Assembly: GCF_001194135.2 (NCBI RefSeq) | Contig: NC_069007.1 | Span: 5,747,379-5,811,378, forward strand | Reading direction: 5' to 3' | Origin: Octopus bimaculoides | Lineage: Eukaryota | DNA: 64,000 nucleotides | Shown: positions 26,613-39,758 of the stretch, one piece after another | Numbering within the stretch: the stretch's first letter is position 1 | Layout: every line of letters begins with the position of its first letter | The notes under the pieces: generated by a model | Seen by the model: the letters and a program-made list of their open reading frames with translations, nothing else | Database searches by the model: none | What the model was told of the DNA's origin: nothing | Program-made: the position numbers and the translations under genes

Positions 26613-27049
26613 GGTGTAGGAGTGGCTGTGTGGTAAGTAGCTTGCTTACCAACCACATGGTTCCGGGTTCAGTCCCACTGCGTGGCACCTTGGGCAAGTG
26701 TCTTCTACTATAGCCTCGGGCTGACCAAAGCCTTGTGAGTGGATTTGGTAGACGGAAACTGAAAGAAGCCTATCGTATATATGTATATATATGTATATAT
26801 ATATCTATCTATATATATATATATTTGTATGTGTGTGTATATGTTTGTGTGTCTGTGTTTGTCCTCCCACCATCGCTTGACAACCGATGCTGGTGTGTTT
26901 ACGTCCCTGTAACTTAGCAGTTTGGCAAAATAGGCCGGTAGAATAAGTACTAGGCTTCCAAAGAATAAGTCCTGGGATCGATTTGCTCAACTAAAGGGGG
27001 TGCTCCAGCATGGCCACAGTCAAATGACTGAAGCAAGTAAAAGAGTAAA
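26613..27049 (+). mobile_element. SINE family A, young full-length copy
   Basis: GGTGTAGGAGTGGCTGTGTGG head through AAGTAAAAGAGTAAA tail. Confidence 0.92.
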
Positions 27050-27721
27050 CCAACCAGCTGACTTGAACATTACAGGTACAATCTGCAAGCAGAACAGTAA
27101 AAGTACGCAAGACTTTTCACAATTTTAGCCTGTATCATGGTTTATTTTATCTTCTTTTTTTTGTTTTTCTCTCAATTCCAACAACAGAGCTTTGTATCTA
27201 TGTTAAAAAACCAGCTCCTTTCTTATAGGAAGACTTAATTATGTCGGTCTTGTTTTATTAATCCACTAATTAACTAAGAACCATAAAAGCAGAGCTCCAG
27301 AATGGACACGGTCTAGTATCAGGAATCAGTAACAAAAAAAAAAAACGCAAAAAAAGAAAATAAGCTGAAAATCTCAAACATTTTCTTTTCTTCGATGTTT
27401 CTATTGTTTCTGATTTATTGTTGTTTCGACGCTGACAGGAAAATCTAAGATTTATTAGGAAAACAAACAGGAGGGCATACGACAGTTTCACAATGTTTCC
27501 TGCCCTGGGGAAATATAAGCAACGAGACAGAGTTATAATTCATGGATAGAATCCATGTGCGAATGAGACAGCAGATATTTTCAGTATTAAAACAATTAAT
27601 GCGAATAGTATTTAAGAAGCAAGGTTTTATTTGTAGCAGGCATTAGACTGTGGCCATTCTGGGGCACCAGCTTGAAGAGTTTTAGTTGAACAGATTGATC
27701 ACAAGACATTCTTTTATTCTT

Positions 27722-28349
27722 TTATTCTTTTACTTGTTTCAGTCATTTGATTGTGGCCATGCTGGAGCACCGCCTTTAGTCGAGCAAATCGACCCCAGGA
27801 CTTATTCTTTGGAAGCCTAGTACTTATTCTATCGGTCTCTTTTTGCCGAACCGCTAAGTTACGGGGACCTAAACAAACCAGCATCGGTTGTCAAGCGATG
27901 TTGGGTGGACAAACACAGATACACAACAAATACACACATACATATATATATACATATATACGACGGGCTTCTTTCAGTTTCCGTCTACCAAATCCACTCA
28001 CAAGGTTTTGGTCGGCCCGAGGCTATAGTAGAAGACACTTGCCCAGTGGGACTGAACCCGGAACCATGTAGTTGGCAAGCAAGCTACTTACCACACAGGG
28101 GATATTCAGCATGACACAGTGTGACAAGGCTGACCCTTTGAATTACAGGCACAACAGAAACATGAAGTAAGAGTGAGAGAAAGTCATGGCGAAAGAGTAC
28201 AGCAGGGTTCGCCACCATCCCCTGCCGGAGCTTCGTGAAGCTTTAGGTGTTTTCGCTCAATAAACACTCATAACGCCCAGTCTGGGAATCGAAACCGCGA
28301 TCCTATGACCACGAGTCCGCTGCCCTAACCACTAGGCCATTGCACCTCC
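27722..28349 (-). mobile_element. Family A (27722-28097) fused to family B 5' half (28098-28349)
   Basis: Abrupt switch TTACCACACAG|GGGATATTCAGC. Confidence 0.8.
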
Positions 28350-28716
28350 ACCTGTGCCAGTAACACATAGGTGACACCCATGTTGGTGACATGTTAAAGG
28401 CACCCAGTACACTCTGTAGAGTGGTTGGCATTAGGAAGGGCATGAAGCCATAGACAGGAGCCTGGTGCATCTCTCTGGCTTACCAGTTCCGGTTAAACCA
28501 CATTGAAACCCATGCCAGCATGGAAAATGGATGCTAAATGATGATGATGATGATGAAGATGATCGTTCATTAATCAAATTAAATAAGATGGCATTTGATT
28601 TAATGGTAATTAAAGAAGACATTGAAGAAAACACTGAAAGTCTTCTGGGAATTATCTATTTTTCACTTTGACCTTAGTGGGATGTTTTGTGTTAGCAGAC
28701 ATAAATTCCTATTGTT

Positions 28717-28765
<49 letters not shown>

Positions 28766-29211
28766 CCATTGTCTGCTTTGTCATTGTTGTTGTTGTGGTC
28801 TTCACCACCACCACCACCATAACCAGCACCACCGCAACAAAAAGTAAGCAGTAGTCGGGTTCAGAACATAATATGAAATTAAATAATAAATAAATAGAAC
28901 AGGAATTACATAATCAAATTCAGTAGCTTGCAGTTGTTTCTGCTATAAGATACAGGGTGTTCAGTGCTGGGTGCTTGTGCATCAACTTAAAGCTTCCTTA
29001 GAACTTTTAAAATGAACCTTCATGTGTGTGTATGTGTGTGTGTGTGTGTGTGTGTGTATGTATACACAAATGTATGTATGTGTGTGTGTATATATATATA
29101 TGCATATATATATATATTAAAAATGAAGACGGCTGGTTTACGGGTTTATTTCTAATATATACTGGTCTATATTTTAGAAAGTGCTTCTTTCAGATTAATG
29201 TTTTTTACAGA

Positions 29212-29251
<40 letters not shown>

Positions 29252-29464
29252 NNNNNNNNNNNNNNNNNNNNNNNNNNNNNNNNNNNNNNNNNNNNNNNNN
29301 NNNNNNNNNNNNNNNNNNNNNNNNNNNNNNNNNNNNNNNNNNNNNNNNNNNNNNNNNNNNNNNNNNNNNNNNNNNNNNNNNNNNNNNNNNNNNNNNNNNN
29401 NNNNNNNNNNNNNNNNNNNNNNNNNNNNNNNNNNNNNNNNNNNNNNNNNNNNNNNNNNNNNNNN

Positions 29465-29516
<52 letters not shown>

Positions 29517-29522
29517 GTTATA

Positions 29523-29612
<90 letters not shown>

Positions 29613-29618
29613 TGTGAA

Positions 29619-29951
29619 GGCACATGGCTCTGTGGTTAGGGCGTTGAGCTTACAAGCGTGAGGTTGTGAGTTCGAAACCTGGACTCGGCTGCATGTTGTG
29701 TTCTTGAGCAAGACACTTTATTTCACTTTACTTCCAGTTCCCTCAGATGTAGAAATGAGTTGCAACGTCACAGATGCCAAGCTGTATCGGCCCCTTTGCC
29801 TTTCCCTTGAATAATACTGGTGGTGTGGAGAGGGGAGGCTGGTATGCATGGGTGACTGCTGGTCTTGCAGAACAAACCTTGCCCAGACTTGTGCCTCGGA
29901 GGGTAGCTATCTAGGTGCAATCCCAGGGTCAGTCATGACTGAAGGGGGTCC
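29619..29951 (+). mobile_element. CORE-type SINE family D (OR2-like)
   Basis: GGCACATGGCTCTGTGGTTAGGGCG head, GTTCGAAACC B-box, TTGTGTTCTTGAGCAAGACACTTTATTTCAC core; second copy at 34510-34848 (-). Confidence 0.85.
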
Positions 29952-31028
29952 CAGCATATATAAATCATGTTAATGATTTTTATCAAGTAATCAGCAGTCT
30001 ATAAAAATTTATAGGCATTTAATACATTAAATTAATAATAACATACAAATGTATATAATCATATGAAGTGAGCTGTGTGTGTGTGTGTGTGTGTATCATC
30101 ATCATCATCATCATCTTTTAACGTATGTTTTTCGTGCTGGCATGGGTTAGACAGTTTGACTGGGGTCTGGCAAGCCAGGAGGCTGCACCAGGCTCCAATC
30201 TGATCTGGCAATGTTTCCACAGCTGGATGCCCTTCTTAATGCCAACTATATCCAGAGTATTGTGGGTGCTTTTATGTGTCTAATTTTGTGTTACTGTGTG
30301 TGTTTGTTTACACTTGCAATCCGTGAAAGTTGTGAGCAACAAATGATGTGGTTATGTCACTTATTCTATCAACAAATCATTAAAGAAAACTCTTATTTAA
30401 AGGAATTATTAAGTGTTTGTGACAGGAAGGGCATCTGATTGTAATGCAACAACTCAATAATATATTTATGTAACTCCTGCCACATGGAAAAAAATGGATA
30501 AAGAAAAAACCACATGTCCACGTGCACACATTCACACATGCACATGTGTGCATGTGCACTTGTGCACTCATATAGACATATGCATATATATGCACACATG
30601 CACATATATACACACATAACACATGTATATATATATACACATATATACATCACACATGTACATAAATATACACACACTTGCACAGATATAGACATGCACA
30701 CACACACACACACATATATATAAATAAACACACATGCAAGCATATATACACATGCTCATATATATATATACACATACGCTATTACATATATTTAATATGT
30801 ATGCATATATATATATATATGCACATGCACATTTATATGCAAACACACATATCCACACACGTGTACGTATTATACACACAGGCAAACTGCATTACAGACA
30901 TTTCTCCAGAAATAAACAAGAGTGACAACCATTACACACCATTACAGCTCTTGATACACCGTATACACTCTTTCAATCAGAGCAGATAATGTATTTGTTC
31001 CAGAGAGCTACATTAATGTTACTATTAA

Positions 31029-31066
31029 GGTCAGGTTGTTTCAAACTCATGCCCTCATCGGTGGCC
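31029..31066 (-). ncRNA. Decayed hammerhead-like motif homologous to 40880-40924
   Basis: Minus: GGCCA CCGATGA GGGC ATGA GTTT GAAA CAAC C TGACC. Flanks match the 40.9-kb copy (AAAGCAAAGG upstream, AATAG..ATTAATGTA downstream). U4>C and loss of U16.1 predict inactivity. Confidence 0.5.
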
Positions 31067-31559
31067 TTTGCTTTATCTTGCCATAATTTCCTTTCTGATT
31101 ACTATTGCATAGAACCCCCTTTTTTTCTGAACATTCCACCAAACTTGTCTGATGATTAGTAATTTATCAATATTCAAATCAAGATCTGGTTTTAAATCAA
31201 ATTTTAAAGGTCCTTTTTTTTTTATTATATTCACATTAAATTCAATATTTGTTTTCGGCCATTTTAAAAATCTATTTATTTATTTATTTACTTTATTCTT
31301 CTTTTTTTTTATGAATAACTTAAATACTGAATATTGCATTCTTGATATTTTATTGATTTTAAAAACCAATATTTTTATTCTTATTTCTCTCCCTTTTTTT
31401 CCCCTTTCACTTTAAATGGATGAAACGAGCAATTGCACCGTTTTTAAATATAGCTAATTATTGATAGAACAGTTACCAATGACTGACTTGACATTTTCAG
31501 AGAAAAATCTTCTTGAAAGACCGAAGAATTATTTGTGCTCCAATTTCTATTGAATATAG

Positions 31560-32220
31560 CAAAACTACACATAATAACAATTTTTTAATGAAATACAGAA
31601 GCCCTTATTTTCTCAAAAACCATTTTACAATTCCTGTTCTGTACACACCCTTAGATTCCTCTTCATTTTATTTCTCTTTTTCAAAGCAGAGCAATATTCC
31701 TTTAACAATTTTTTTTAATCATATAACTTCTTGCTCTTACAAAGTACCAAATATTTTCTCCCTTTTCAAATGACACTGACCTCCTTACAACCTTTCATAA
31801 TTATGTTTCCCCTTGCTCTTACATCCAACTCTTCTTTTTTCCAACTCCCTTTCCAAATACAGGGGGGTCTTTTTTTATTTTTTATAACGTTCCATAATCA
31901 AGCTTCTGCTTGATCTTGCGGAATACTTTCTTGTTCCCAGTTTTCAGAATACAAAGATCTCTTAATAACATTTCATAATTAGGTTTCTGTTTCCTCTTAT
32001 ATCAAAGATTTTCTTGTACCCTCTCTTCAAAATGCAGGGGTCTTTTTATAGCGTTCTATAATTAACTTTCTGTTTGCTCTATACAGGGGACACCTTTGTG
32101 TCCTGCTTTTCAAAATGCAGGCCTATCATTTATAACATAGCATAAATATATCTCTGCTTACGTTTACAGATTACTCTTTCTTCCTCTCTTTTTCAGAATG
32201 CAGGGATCTCTTCTTTCTTT
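31560..32220. repeat. Degenerate ~60-70 nt minisatellite
   Basis: Recurrent TTTTCA(G/A)AAT(G/A)CAGGG..TCT..TTATA.CGTT.CATAAT units. Confidence 0.55.
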
Positions 32221-32572
32221 CCTTTTTCTTGTTTATTTCATCTTAGTTAAAGAAAAAGAAAATATTTCATTCAATTCACATTAATCAATTTTGAAAGGGA
32301 TGTGTGCATGCATGGGTTTACATAAATATATATGCTTATATATATATATATTATATACACACATATATGCTTATATATATATATNNNNNNNNNNNNNNNN
32401 NNNNNNNNNNNNNNNNNNNNNNNNNNNNNNNNNNNNNNNNNNNNNNNNNNNNNNNNNNNNNNNNNNNNNNNNNNNNNNNNNNNNNNNNNNNNNNNNNNNN
32501 NNNNNNNNNNNNNNNNNNNNNNNNNNNNNNNNNNNNNNNNNNNNNNNNNNNNNNNNNNNNNNNNNNNNNNNN

Positions 32573-32608
<36 letters not shown>

Positions 32609-32961
32609 ACATGTACATATTTATGTATATATGTATGTTTGTATAGATACATATATATACATATATATATATTCTACACACACATGTATATGTATCTGTT
32701 TACCTAACTATCCCTACATGCATATATGTATGTGGTGGTGGGAGTACTTCATTATGTTCCTCGAGATTGGAACTGTGACTCCTTGGGTTCTAATCTTGTC
32801 TACTGCAAGATATTCCAGCCATTTTTTCAACTTGGTTGAATGTGAAATAATGCAGGATATGAAATATTAACAACCTCTTGTGTGATGCTGATGCGATATT
32901 AAACAAACTGTTAGCTATACTACCATTTTTTTTCCTTCTCCTGGCTTCCAAGCAATAATCA

Positions 32962-33975
32962 AAAGAGGAGGGGGGAGGAGGAGGAGGTGGAGGAGGAAAT
33001 GAAAAAGAATGAGGAGGAGGAGACGAAGAAGAAGTGAGAAGATGAAGAAAACAAGGAAGAAGGAAGCAAGGAAGAAAAAGAAGGAGGACAAAGAGAAAGA
33101 AGAGGAGGGGAGGGGAAGAGGAAGAAGGGGATGACAAAGAAAAAGAAGAAATAAAAGGAAGATGGAAGAGGAGGAAGGGGAGGAGAGGAGAAGAATGAGG
33201 AGGAGAAGAAGAAATAAAAGGAAGATGTAAGAGGAGGAAGGGGAGGAGAGGAGAAGAATGAGGAGGAGAAGAAGAAGAAAAGAAGAATAATAAGAAGAAA
33301 TAAAAGGAAGATAGAAGAGGAGGAAGGGGAGGAGAGGAGAAGAATGAGGAGAAGAAGGAGAAAAATAAAAAATAAAAGGAAGATGGAAGAGGAGGAAGAA
33401 GAGGAATGAGGAGAAGAAGAAGAAATAAAAGGAAGATGGAAGAGGAGGAAGAGGAGGAGAGGAGAAGGAGGAGGAGGAGAAGAAGACAAAGAAAAAGAAA
33501 TGAGAGGAAGATGGAAGAGGAGGAGAGAAGAAGAACGAGGAGGAGAAGAAGAAGAAATAAAAGGAAGATGGAAGAGGAGGAAGGGGAGAAGGAGGAGAAG
33601 AAGACAAAGAAAAAGAAATGAGAGGAAGATGGAAGAGGAGGAAGAGGAGGAGAGAAGAAGAACGAAGAGGAGAAGAAGAAGAAGAAGAAAAAGAAGAAGA
33701 ATGAGGAGAAGAAGAAGAAGAAGAAGAAGAAGAAGAACGAGGAGGAGGAGGAGAAGAAGAAGAAGAAGAATGAGGAAGGAGAGAAAGAAGAAAATTGAAG
33801 AAGAAGAAGATGAAGAAGAAGAAATAAAAGGAAGATGGAAGAGGAGGAGAGGAGAAGAATGAGAAGAAGAAGAAGAAAAAGAAGAAGAAGAAGAAAGTGA
33901 AGAAGAAGAAGAAAGTGAAGAAGAAGAAGAAGAAAAAGAGCAACACCAGCAACACCAAGAGAGAGGAGAAGAAGT
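32962..33975 (+). repeat. ~1 kb polypurine (GAA/GAG) tract with higher-order units
   Basis: Anchor AAATAAAAGGAAGAT recurs near 33149, 33212, 33298, 33370, 33423, 33555 and 33822. Confidence 0.9.
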
Positions 33976-34509
33976 GAAGCCAACATCGATTGCAATATAA
34001 ATATACATTTCCAGAGTTTTATCTCCAGTGTAGTTGCTTTGCATTGTTCTGAATCCCAAGACAGGCATCCACAAAACTAATAACAGAAATACCTGTTCCA
34101 GCTTCAATATTAACCGAAGGATGTTCACAAACGTATAAGCACATTGCACTGCAATATGGTGCAGTGGGATGCGATGTGGTATCAGATGGAAATGCAATGT
34201 TGTTTCAAATGAAATATAGTAATCCATAACAAAATATTCAGTGCTTCATTTTACATGGTGCATGGTATTCAGATTCTAATACTACATGGTATATGATACA
34301 TGATACATACATACTACATGATACATACATACTACATGATACAACGAGGCCCTTCATTGCTGTATTTTATCTCTGGTGTCATACCATGAAGCTCTGCATT
34401 TTAAACCATTATGTGATGCGCTGATTTGTACCCTGTGCCCCTTAAAATGTGCTCTAAATTTTACATAGCATGCTTAGAGACAAGCTTTCTCTTCTTCACT
34501 GCATGCTGT

Positions 34510-34848
34510 AAGGGGTAAAGACCTCTTTTGATCATGAATGACCATGGGATTGCACCCACAAAGTTCCCTTCCATGGCACAAGTCTGGGCAAGGTTGTTTA
34601 TGGAAGACCAGCAGTCACCCATTCATACCAGCCTCCCCACTCCACTGATGTTATCCAAAGGAAAGGCAAAGGCTGATACAGCTTGGCACCAGTGATGTTG
34701 CAACTCATTTCTACACCTGAGTGAACTGGATCAATGTGAAATAAAGTGTCTTGCCCAAGAACACAACACACAACCTGGTCTGGGAATTGAACTCATTACC
34801 TCATGATCTTGATCCCAATGCTTTAACCACTGAGCCACTTGGCTTCAC
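34510..34848 (-). mobile_element. CORE-type SINE family D
   Basis: Reverse complement of the 29619-29951 element. Confidence 0.85.
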
Positions 34849-34907
34849 TTAACATGATCCTTTACTTCTACAGGTGGGTGGACAAGCCTTCAGTTTTATG
34901 TTCCACC

Positions 34908-35150
34908 ATGAGTGATATCCAAAATACAGTGGAGAAGGCTAGCCACTGGATTTGGCTAAAACGAGATGATGAGCGATGGCTAGAGAAATATTGAGCTTTA
35001 TTTGATAACCAGTTGATCTAGCAAGTGGGGCCTCATATCAGTGAGGGGGGGCTGGTGCGCATTGATGCCATCGGGAATAGGCCCCGAAACGGTGTGCATT
35101 CTCTCCTAATGACCCCATACACTTGCTGGCTTCCAGTATGTGGAGTTCTC
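34908..35150 (+). pseudogene. 3' end of a HERO/NeSL-like RLE non-LTR element
   Basis: 34908-34994 translates as MSDIQNTVEKASHWIWLKRDDERWLEKY*, like the AEKASRWLWIKR..W terminus recalled for HERO-type elements. A UTR-like CCCCGAAAC...ATGACCCC follows. Confidence 0.5.
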
Positions 35151-35670
35151 GACTGGTAGCACTTGCATGTGTGAGTTGTTTGCAAGACATATAGGACAAG
35201 CCTTCAGTTTCATGCTCCTGCCATGAGATAACCCTTCATTATCCCATCACAAGCCTTTACTATGACACTGCATGCCATGAGACAGGTATTCACTTCTACA
35301 CTGCTTGCCAAAAGACAAGCCTTCAATACTCTACTGCATTCCATGAGACCATCCTTTGCTGCTGCAATATATGCCTGTGTGCAGATGTGCATAGATGTTA
35401 TTATTTCTTACACATCACTATTTGAGTGAAACAGTGACTGTATACATTTCCTCATTGACATAATGACAGGCCACTCTTTGCTTTCAAAACTTGAGGGATG
35501 AAAGACATCCCTTTCTTGTAAAACAGGTGAATGTTGGCAACAGGAAGAGCATCCTGCTCGCATGGAAAAGTGGATGTTAAATGAATGAAGGAGCAAATGA
35601 ACGAATTTAGTGTCCTATCAACTGGAATACCATTCCAGCCTAATGATTCATTTGTATCTACATTCCTTCA

Positions 35671-35979
35671 GAGGCGCAATGGCCCAGTGGTTAGGGCAGT
35701 GGACTCGCGGTCATAGGATCGCGGTTTCGATTCCCAGACTGGGCATTGTGAGTGTTTATTGAGCGAAAACACCTAAAGCTCCACGAGGCTCCGGCAGGGG
35801 ATGGTGGCGAACCCTGCTGTACTCTTTCACCACAACTTTCTCTCACTCTTACTTCCTGTTTCTGTTGTGCCTGTAATTCAAAGGGTCAGCCTTGTCACAC
35901 TGTGTCACGCTGAATATCCCCAAGAACTACGTTAAGGGTAGATGTGTCTGTGGAGTGCTCAGCCACTTGCACGTTAATT
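35671..35979 (+). mobile_element. SINE family B, truncated by gap
   Basis: GAGGCGCAATGGCCCAGTGG head and consensus body. Confidence 0.9.
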
Positions 35980-36793
35980 NNNNNNNNNNNNNNNNNNNNN
36001 NNNNNNNNNNNNNNNNNNNNNNNNNNNNNNNNNNNNNNNNNNNNNNNNNNNNNNNNNNNNNNNNNNNNNNNNNNNNNNNNNNNNNNNNNNNNNNNNNNNN
36101 NNNNNNNNNNNNNNNNNNNNNNNNNNNNNNNNNNNNNNNNNNNNNNNNNNNNNNNNNNNNNNNNNNNNNNNNNNNNNNNNNNNNNNNNNNNNNNNNNNNN
36201 NNNNNNNNNNNNNNNNNNNNNNNNNNNNNNNNNNNNNNNNNNNNNNNNNNNNNNNNNNNNNNNNNNNNNNNNNNNNNNNNNNNNNNNNNNNNNNNNNNNN
36301 NNNNNNNNNNNNNNNNNNNNNNNNNNNNNNNNNNNNNNNNNNNNNNNNNNNNNNNNNNNNNNNNNNNNNNNNNNNNNNNNNNNNNNNNNNNNNNNNNNNN
36401 NNNNNNNNNNNNNNNNNNNNNNNNNNNNNNNNNNNNNNNNNNNNNNNNNNNNNNNNNNNNNNNNNNNNNNNNNNNNNNNNNNNNNNNNNNNNNNNNNNNN
36501 NNNNNNNNNNNNNNNNNNNNNNNNNNNNNNNNNNNNNNNNNNNNNNNNNNNNNNNNNNNNNNNNNNNNNNNNNNNNNNNNNNNNNNNNNNNNNNNNNNNN
36601 NNNNNNNNNNNNNNNNNNNNNNNNNNNNNNNNNNNNNNNNNNNNNNNNNNNNNNNNNNNNNNNNNNNNNNNNNNNNNNNNNNNNNNNNNNNNNNNNNNNN
36701 NNNNNNNNNNNNNNNNNNNNNNNNNNNNNNNNNNNNNNNNNNNNNNNNNNNNNNNNNNNNNNNNNNNNNNNNNNNNNNNNNNNNNNNNNNNNN

Positions 36794-36830
<37 letters not shown>

Positions 36831-37554
36831 TTATATGTTTAATTTCCTGACAAATGTTAGCAATAACATTACTGCTTGAAAATTTTCCAACAGGCCATTC
36901 ACAAATTCACAGCATTTCTTGAGGTGAAATTGACAAGGGAGTGCCAGTAGCTTGGTGCAGAACAATCATTGCAAGAGACTTCATTTGTAAAGCATGCTTT
37001 ATTTTTCTTACTTTTTGCCTACCATTTATGGGCAAAAATATTCTATACCCATATTCATTTTGCCAAAACAATACAGGCTCACACACCCAAATACATATAT
37101 ATACACACATATATATCCACATGCATGCACACACATGCACAACATAACAACTGTTACTCTCACCACTACTACCACCATCACCACCACACCCTCACACCTT
37201 AGCCTTGTTCCTCTCATCATACATAACCCTTTCATCATTTCTCAAATTATCAACACCCTTTGTCTCTTTTCTTCTTTCAATTGTGGCATTTGTTTAGTCT
37301 CACCCATTATAAGGCACCCTCAATAGTGTTGGTGCCACATACAAGAAAAACACTCAGTTAACTCTGCAAAATGTTTTGCATTAGGAAGGGCATCGATCCC
37401 CCAAAAACCATGTTAAACTCATGTGTCAGGGAATGTTTTATCAAAGTAAATTTCTCAAGATTTTTACTTCCTTCAACTTTTGAGTTTAATAGGGGTTAAT
37501 ATCTCAAGTGAAAATTAGTGATATTATTAATTAATTAATTAATTAAACAGTTAT

Positions 37555-38070
37555 TGATTTCAAATTTTGGTACAAGGCCAGCAATTCTGGGGGAGCAGGT
37601 TAAGGCAATTACATCAACCTCATACTTTATCAGCCCTGGAAGGATGAAAGGCAAAATTGACCCCGGCAGAATTTGAACCCAGAATGTAAAGATGCATGAA
37701 ATGCTTCTAAGCATTTTTCCCATCACGCTAATGATTCTGCCAGCTTGCTGCCTTTCAATCAATTAATTTATTACTATTGTTTATTCATTAATGATTTAAT
37801 TAGAAAATTGCTGCAAAGAAATTCATATTTTGTAGATATATGTTAAAAACATGGGGTTGTTGCACTTTAATGATCATACAACATATAAGTTTGCAAGCAA
37901 TGCAAAGCAGAGCTACTGAAGTGTTTTAGAAAAGGACAAAAGGCAAAGTTGACCCCGAAAGGATGAAAGGCAAACTCAACCTTGGCGGAATTTGAACTCA
38001 GAACATAGCAGCAGATAAGATACCGCAAAGTATTTTACCCGGCATGCTAATGATTCTGCCAGCCCGGCAC
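37555..38070 (-). mobile_element. Two family C SINE copies
   Basis: GGATGAAAGGCAAA...GGCGGAATTTGAACTCAG...GATTCTGCCAGC. Confidence 0.75.
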
Positions 38071-38074
38071 CCTC

Positions 38075-38148
<74 letters not shown>

Positions 38149-38154
38149 TAATAA

Positions 38155-38295
38155 CAATAAAGCTGAAGTGAAGGCCAAATATAAAGTGCATGTGTTTAAT
38201 TGCCAAAATATGACCATCCCCAAGTATAACAATATCTGTTTCAATACACGATTTTGCATCAAGAATCTTGCAAAATGAATACATAAACATGTATA
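38155..38295. repeat. Solo arm of the hammerhead-associated fold-back family
   Basis: AATAAAGCTGAAGTGAAGG...ATGACCATCCCCAAGTATAACAATATCTGTTTCAA...ATCTTGCAAAA matches arms at 40981-41075 and 42088-42240. Confidence 0.7.
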
Positions 38296-38744
38296 CTTTT
38301 TATTTTATATTTTTTATTCACTGAAAAAAATTCAAGTGCACATGTTTTTAAATGTAGTTATATGCAATTTAGAAAAAATTTTATTTTTACAAATTTTTTT
38401 CTATACAAAATATATCTTTTGTAATGAATTACATATAATGTTTTTATTCACAAGATTTTTTTATATATTTAGGGACATTGTAGTAAATCTATTGTGTTTT
38501 AAGTAGGTGTATGTTTTTTTTTATATAATTAAAAAAAAAGCAAACTTATCTGCCTAAAATTTTTTAAAAAACTGTTTTAACTTCTGCAGGGAATGAAGTT
38601 TCAGAAAGCAAACAAAAAGGTGAAATATTAAATTTGGCCATACATATACATGGAGCCATACATACGTGCAATCATATAAACATACACAAATAAGTAAATA
38701 AATGAATAAATAAATAAATAAGTAAACAAACGAATAAGTAAATA

Positions 38745-39090
38745 AATTTATCAACCCCAAAAGGATGAAAGCCAAAGTCGACCTTAGTGGAATTTGAACT
38801 CAGAACATAAAGACAGATGAAATACATCTAAGCTTTTCGCCCAGTGTGCTAATGTTTCTTATTTCTTTATTGCCCACAAGGGGCTAAACATAGAGGGGAG
38901 AAACAAGGACAGAAAAAGGGATTAAGTCGATTACATCGACCCCAGTGCATAACTGGTACTTAATTTATCGACCCTGAAAGGATGAAAGGCAAAGTTAACC
39001 TCAGCGGAATTTGAACCCAGAACGTAACGACAGACAAAATACCTCTAAGCATTTTGCCTGGCATACTGACGTTTCTGACAGCTTTCCATC
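38745..39090 (-). mobile_element. SINE family C dimer (same junction as 1842-2278)
   Basis: GTGCTAATGTTTCTTATTTCTTTATTGCCCACAAGGGG junction. Confidence 0.85.
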
Positions 39091-39726
39091 TTCACAGCTG
39101 GTAAATATTGAAACAGTCAGGCTTCACCACTTTATCACTTTATTATCTCTAAATGCTTCAGTTTTTTCTACATCTTATTCTCCAGTCTAATTGGAACCTA
39201 CCTTCCTTATAATCTGACCCTTACCAAAGAATGGTAGTTTATAGTCAATCTGACCCTTCTTAAAATTTTATTTGTTTCTTTATTTATATATTTTGTATTT
39301 TGATTATAATTGTATTCTGTCTGTTGTCACTTATGTCTTTGGGTTTAGTTTTCAGTGAAAGGTGAATGGATTAGACCTGATCTGTTAGTAGTATCACGGC
39401 AGTGGCAGTAGCAGTAGCAGTAGCAGCAATGGCAGCAGGACTTCGAATTGGTGGAGCAACAAAAACAGGGTGAAATGGAAGTGAAAAGGTTAAATGAATG
39501 AAGAAATGATGAAAGAGACAGAGAGAGAGAAGGAAGCAAGAGATGGAGAAGAGAAGATGAAAGAAAAAGATGAAGAGAGAAAGAGAGAGGGTGAGTGAGA
39601 GAGGGAGGGAGGGAGAGAGAGAGGGGAGGGCAATATGGACTGAAATACTTAAAAATAGGGATAAATGAAATAAGGCAAAAGCAAGAGATAACATCAATCT
39701 TCATGCCAAGTTATAACATAGAGAAG

Positions 39727-39758
<32 letters not shown>

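Noticed and set aside
32790-34227. 347-422 aa F/S/L-rich and R/E-rich ORFs
   Set aside because: Product of a polypurine tract lacking stops on the pyrimidine strand.
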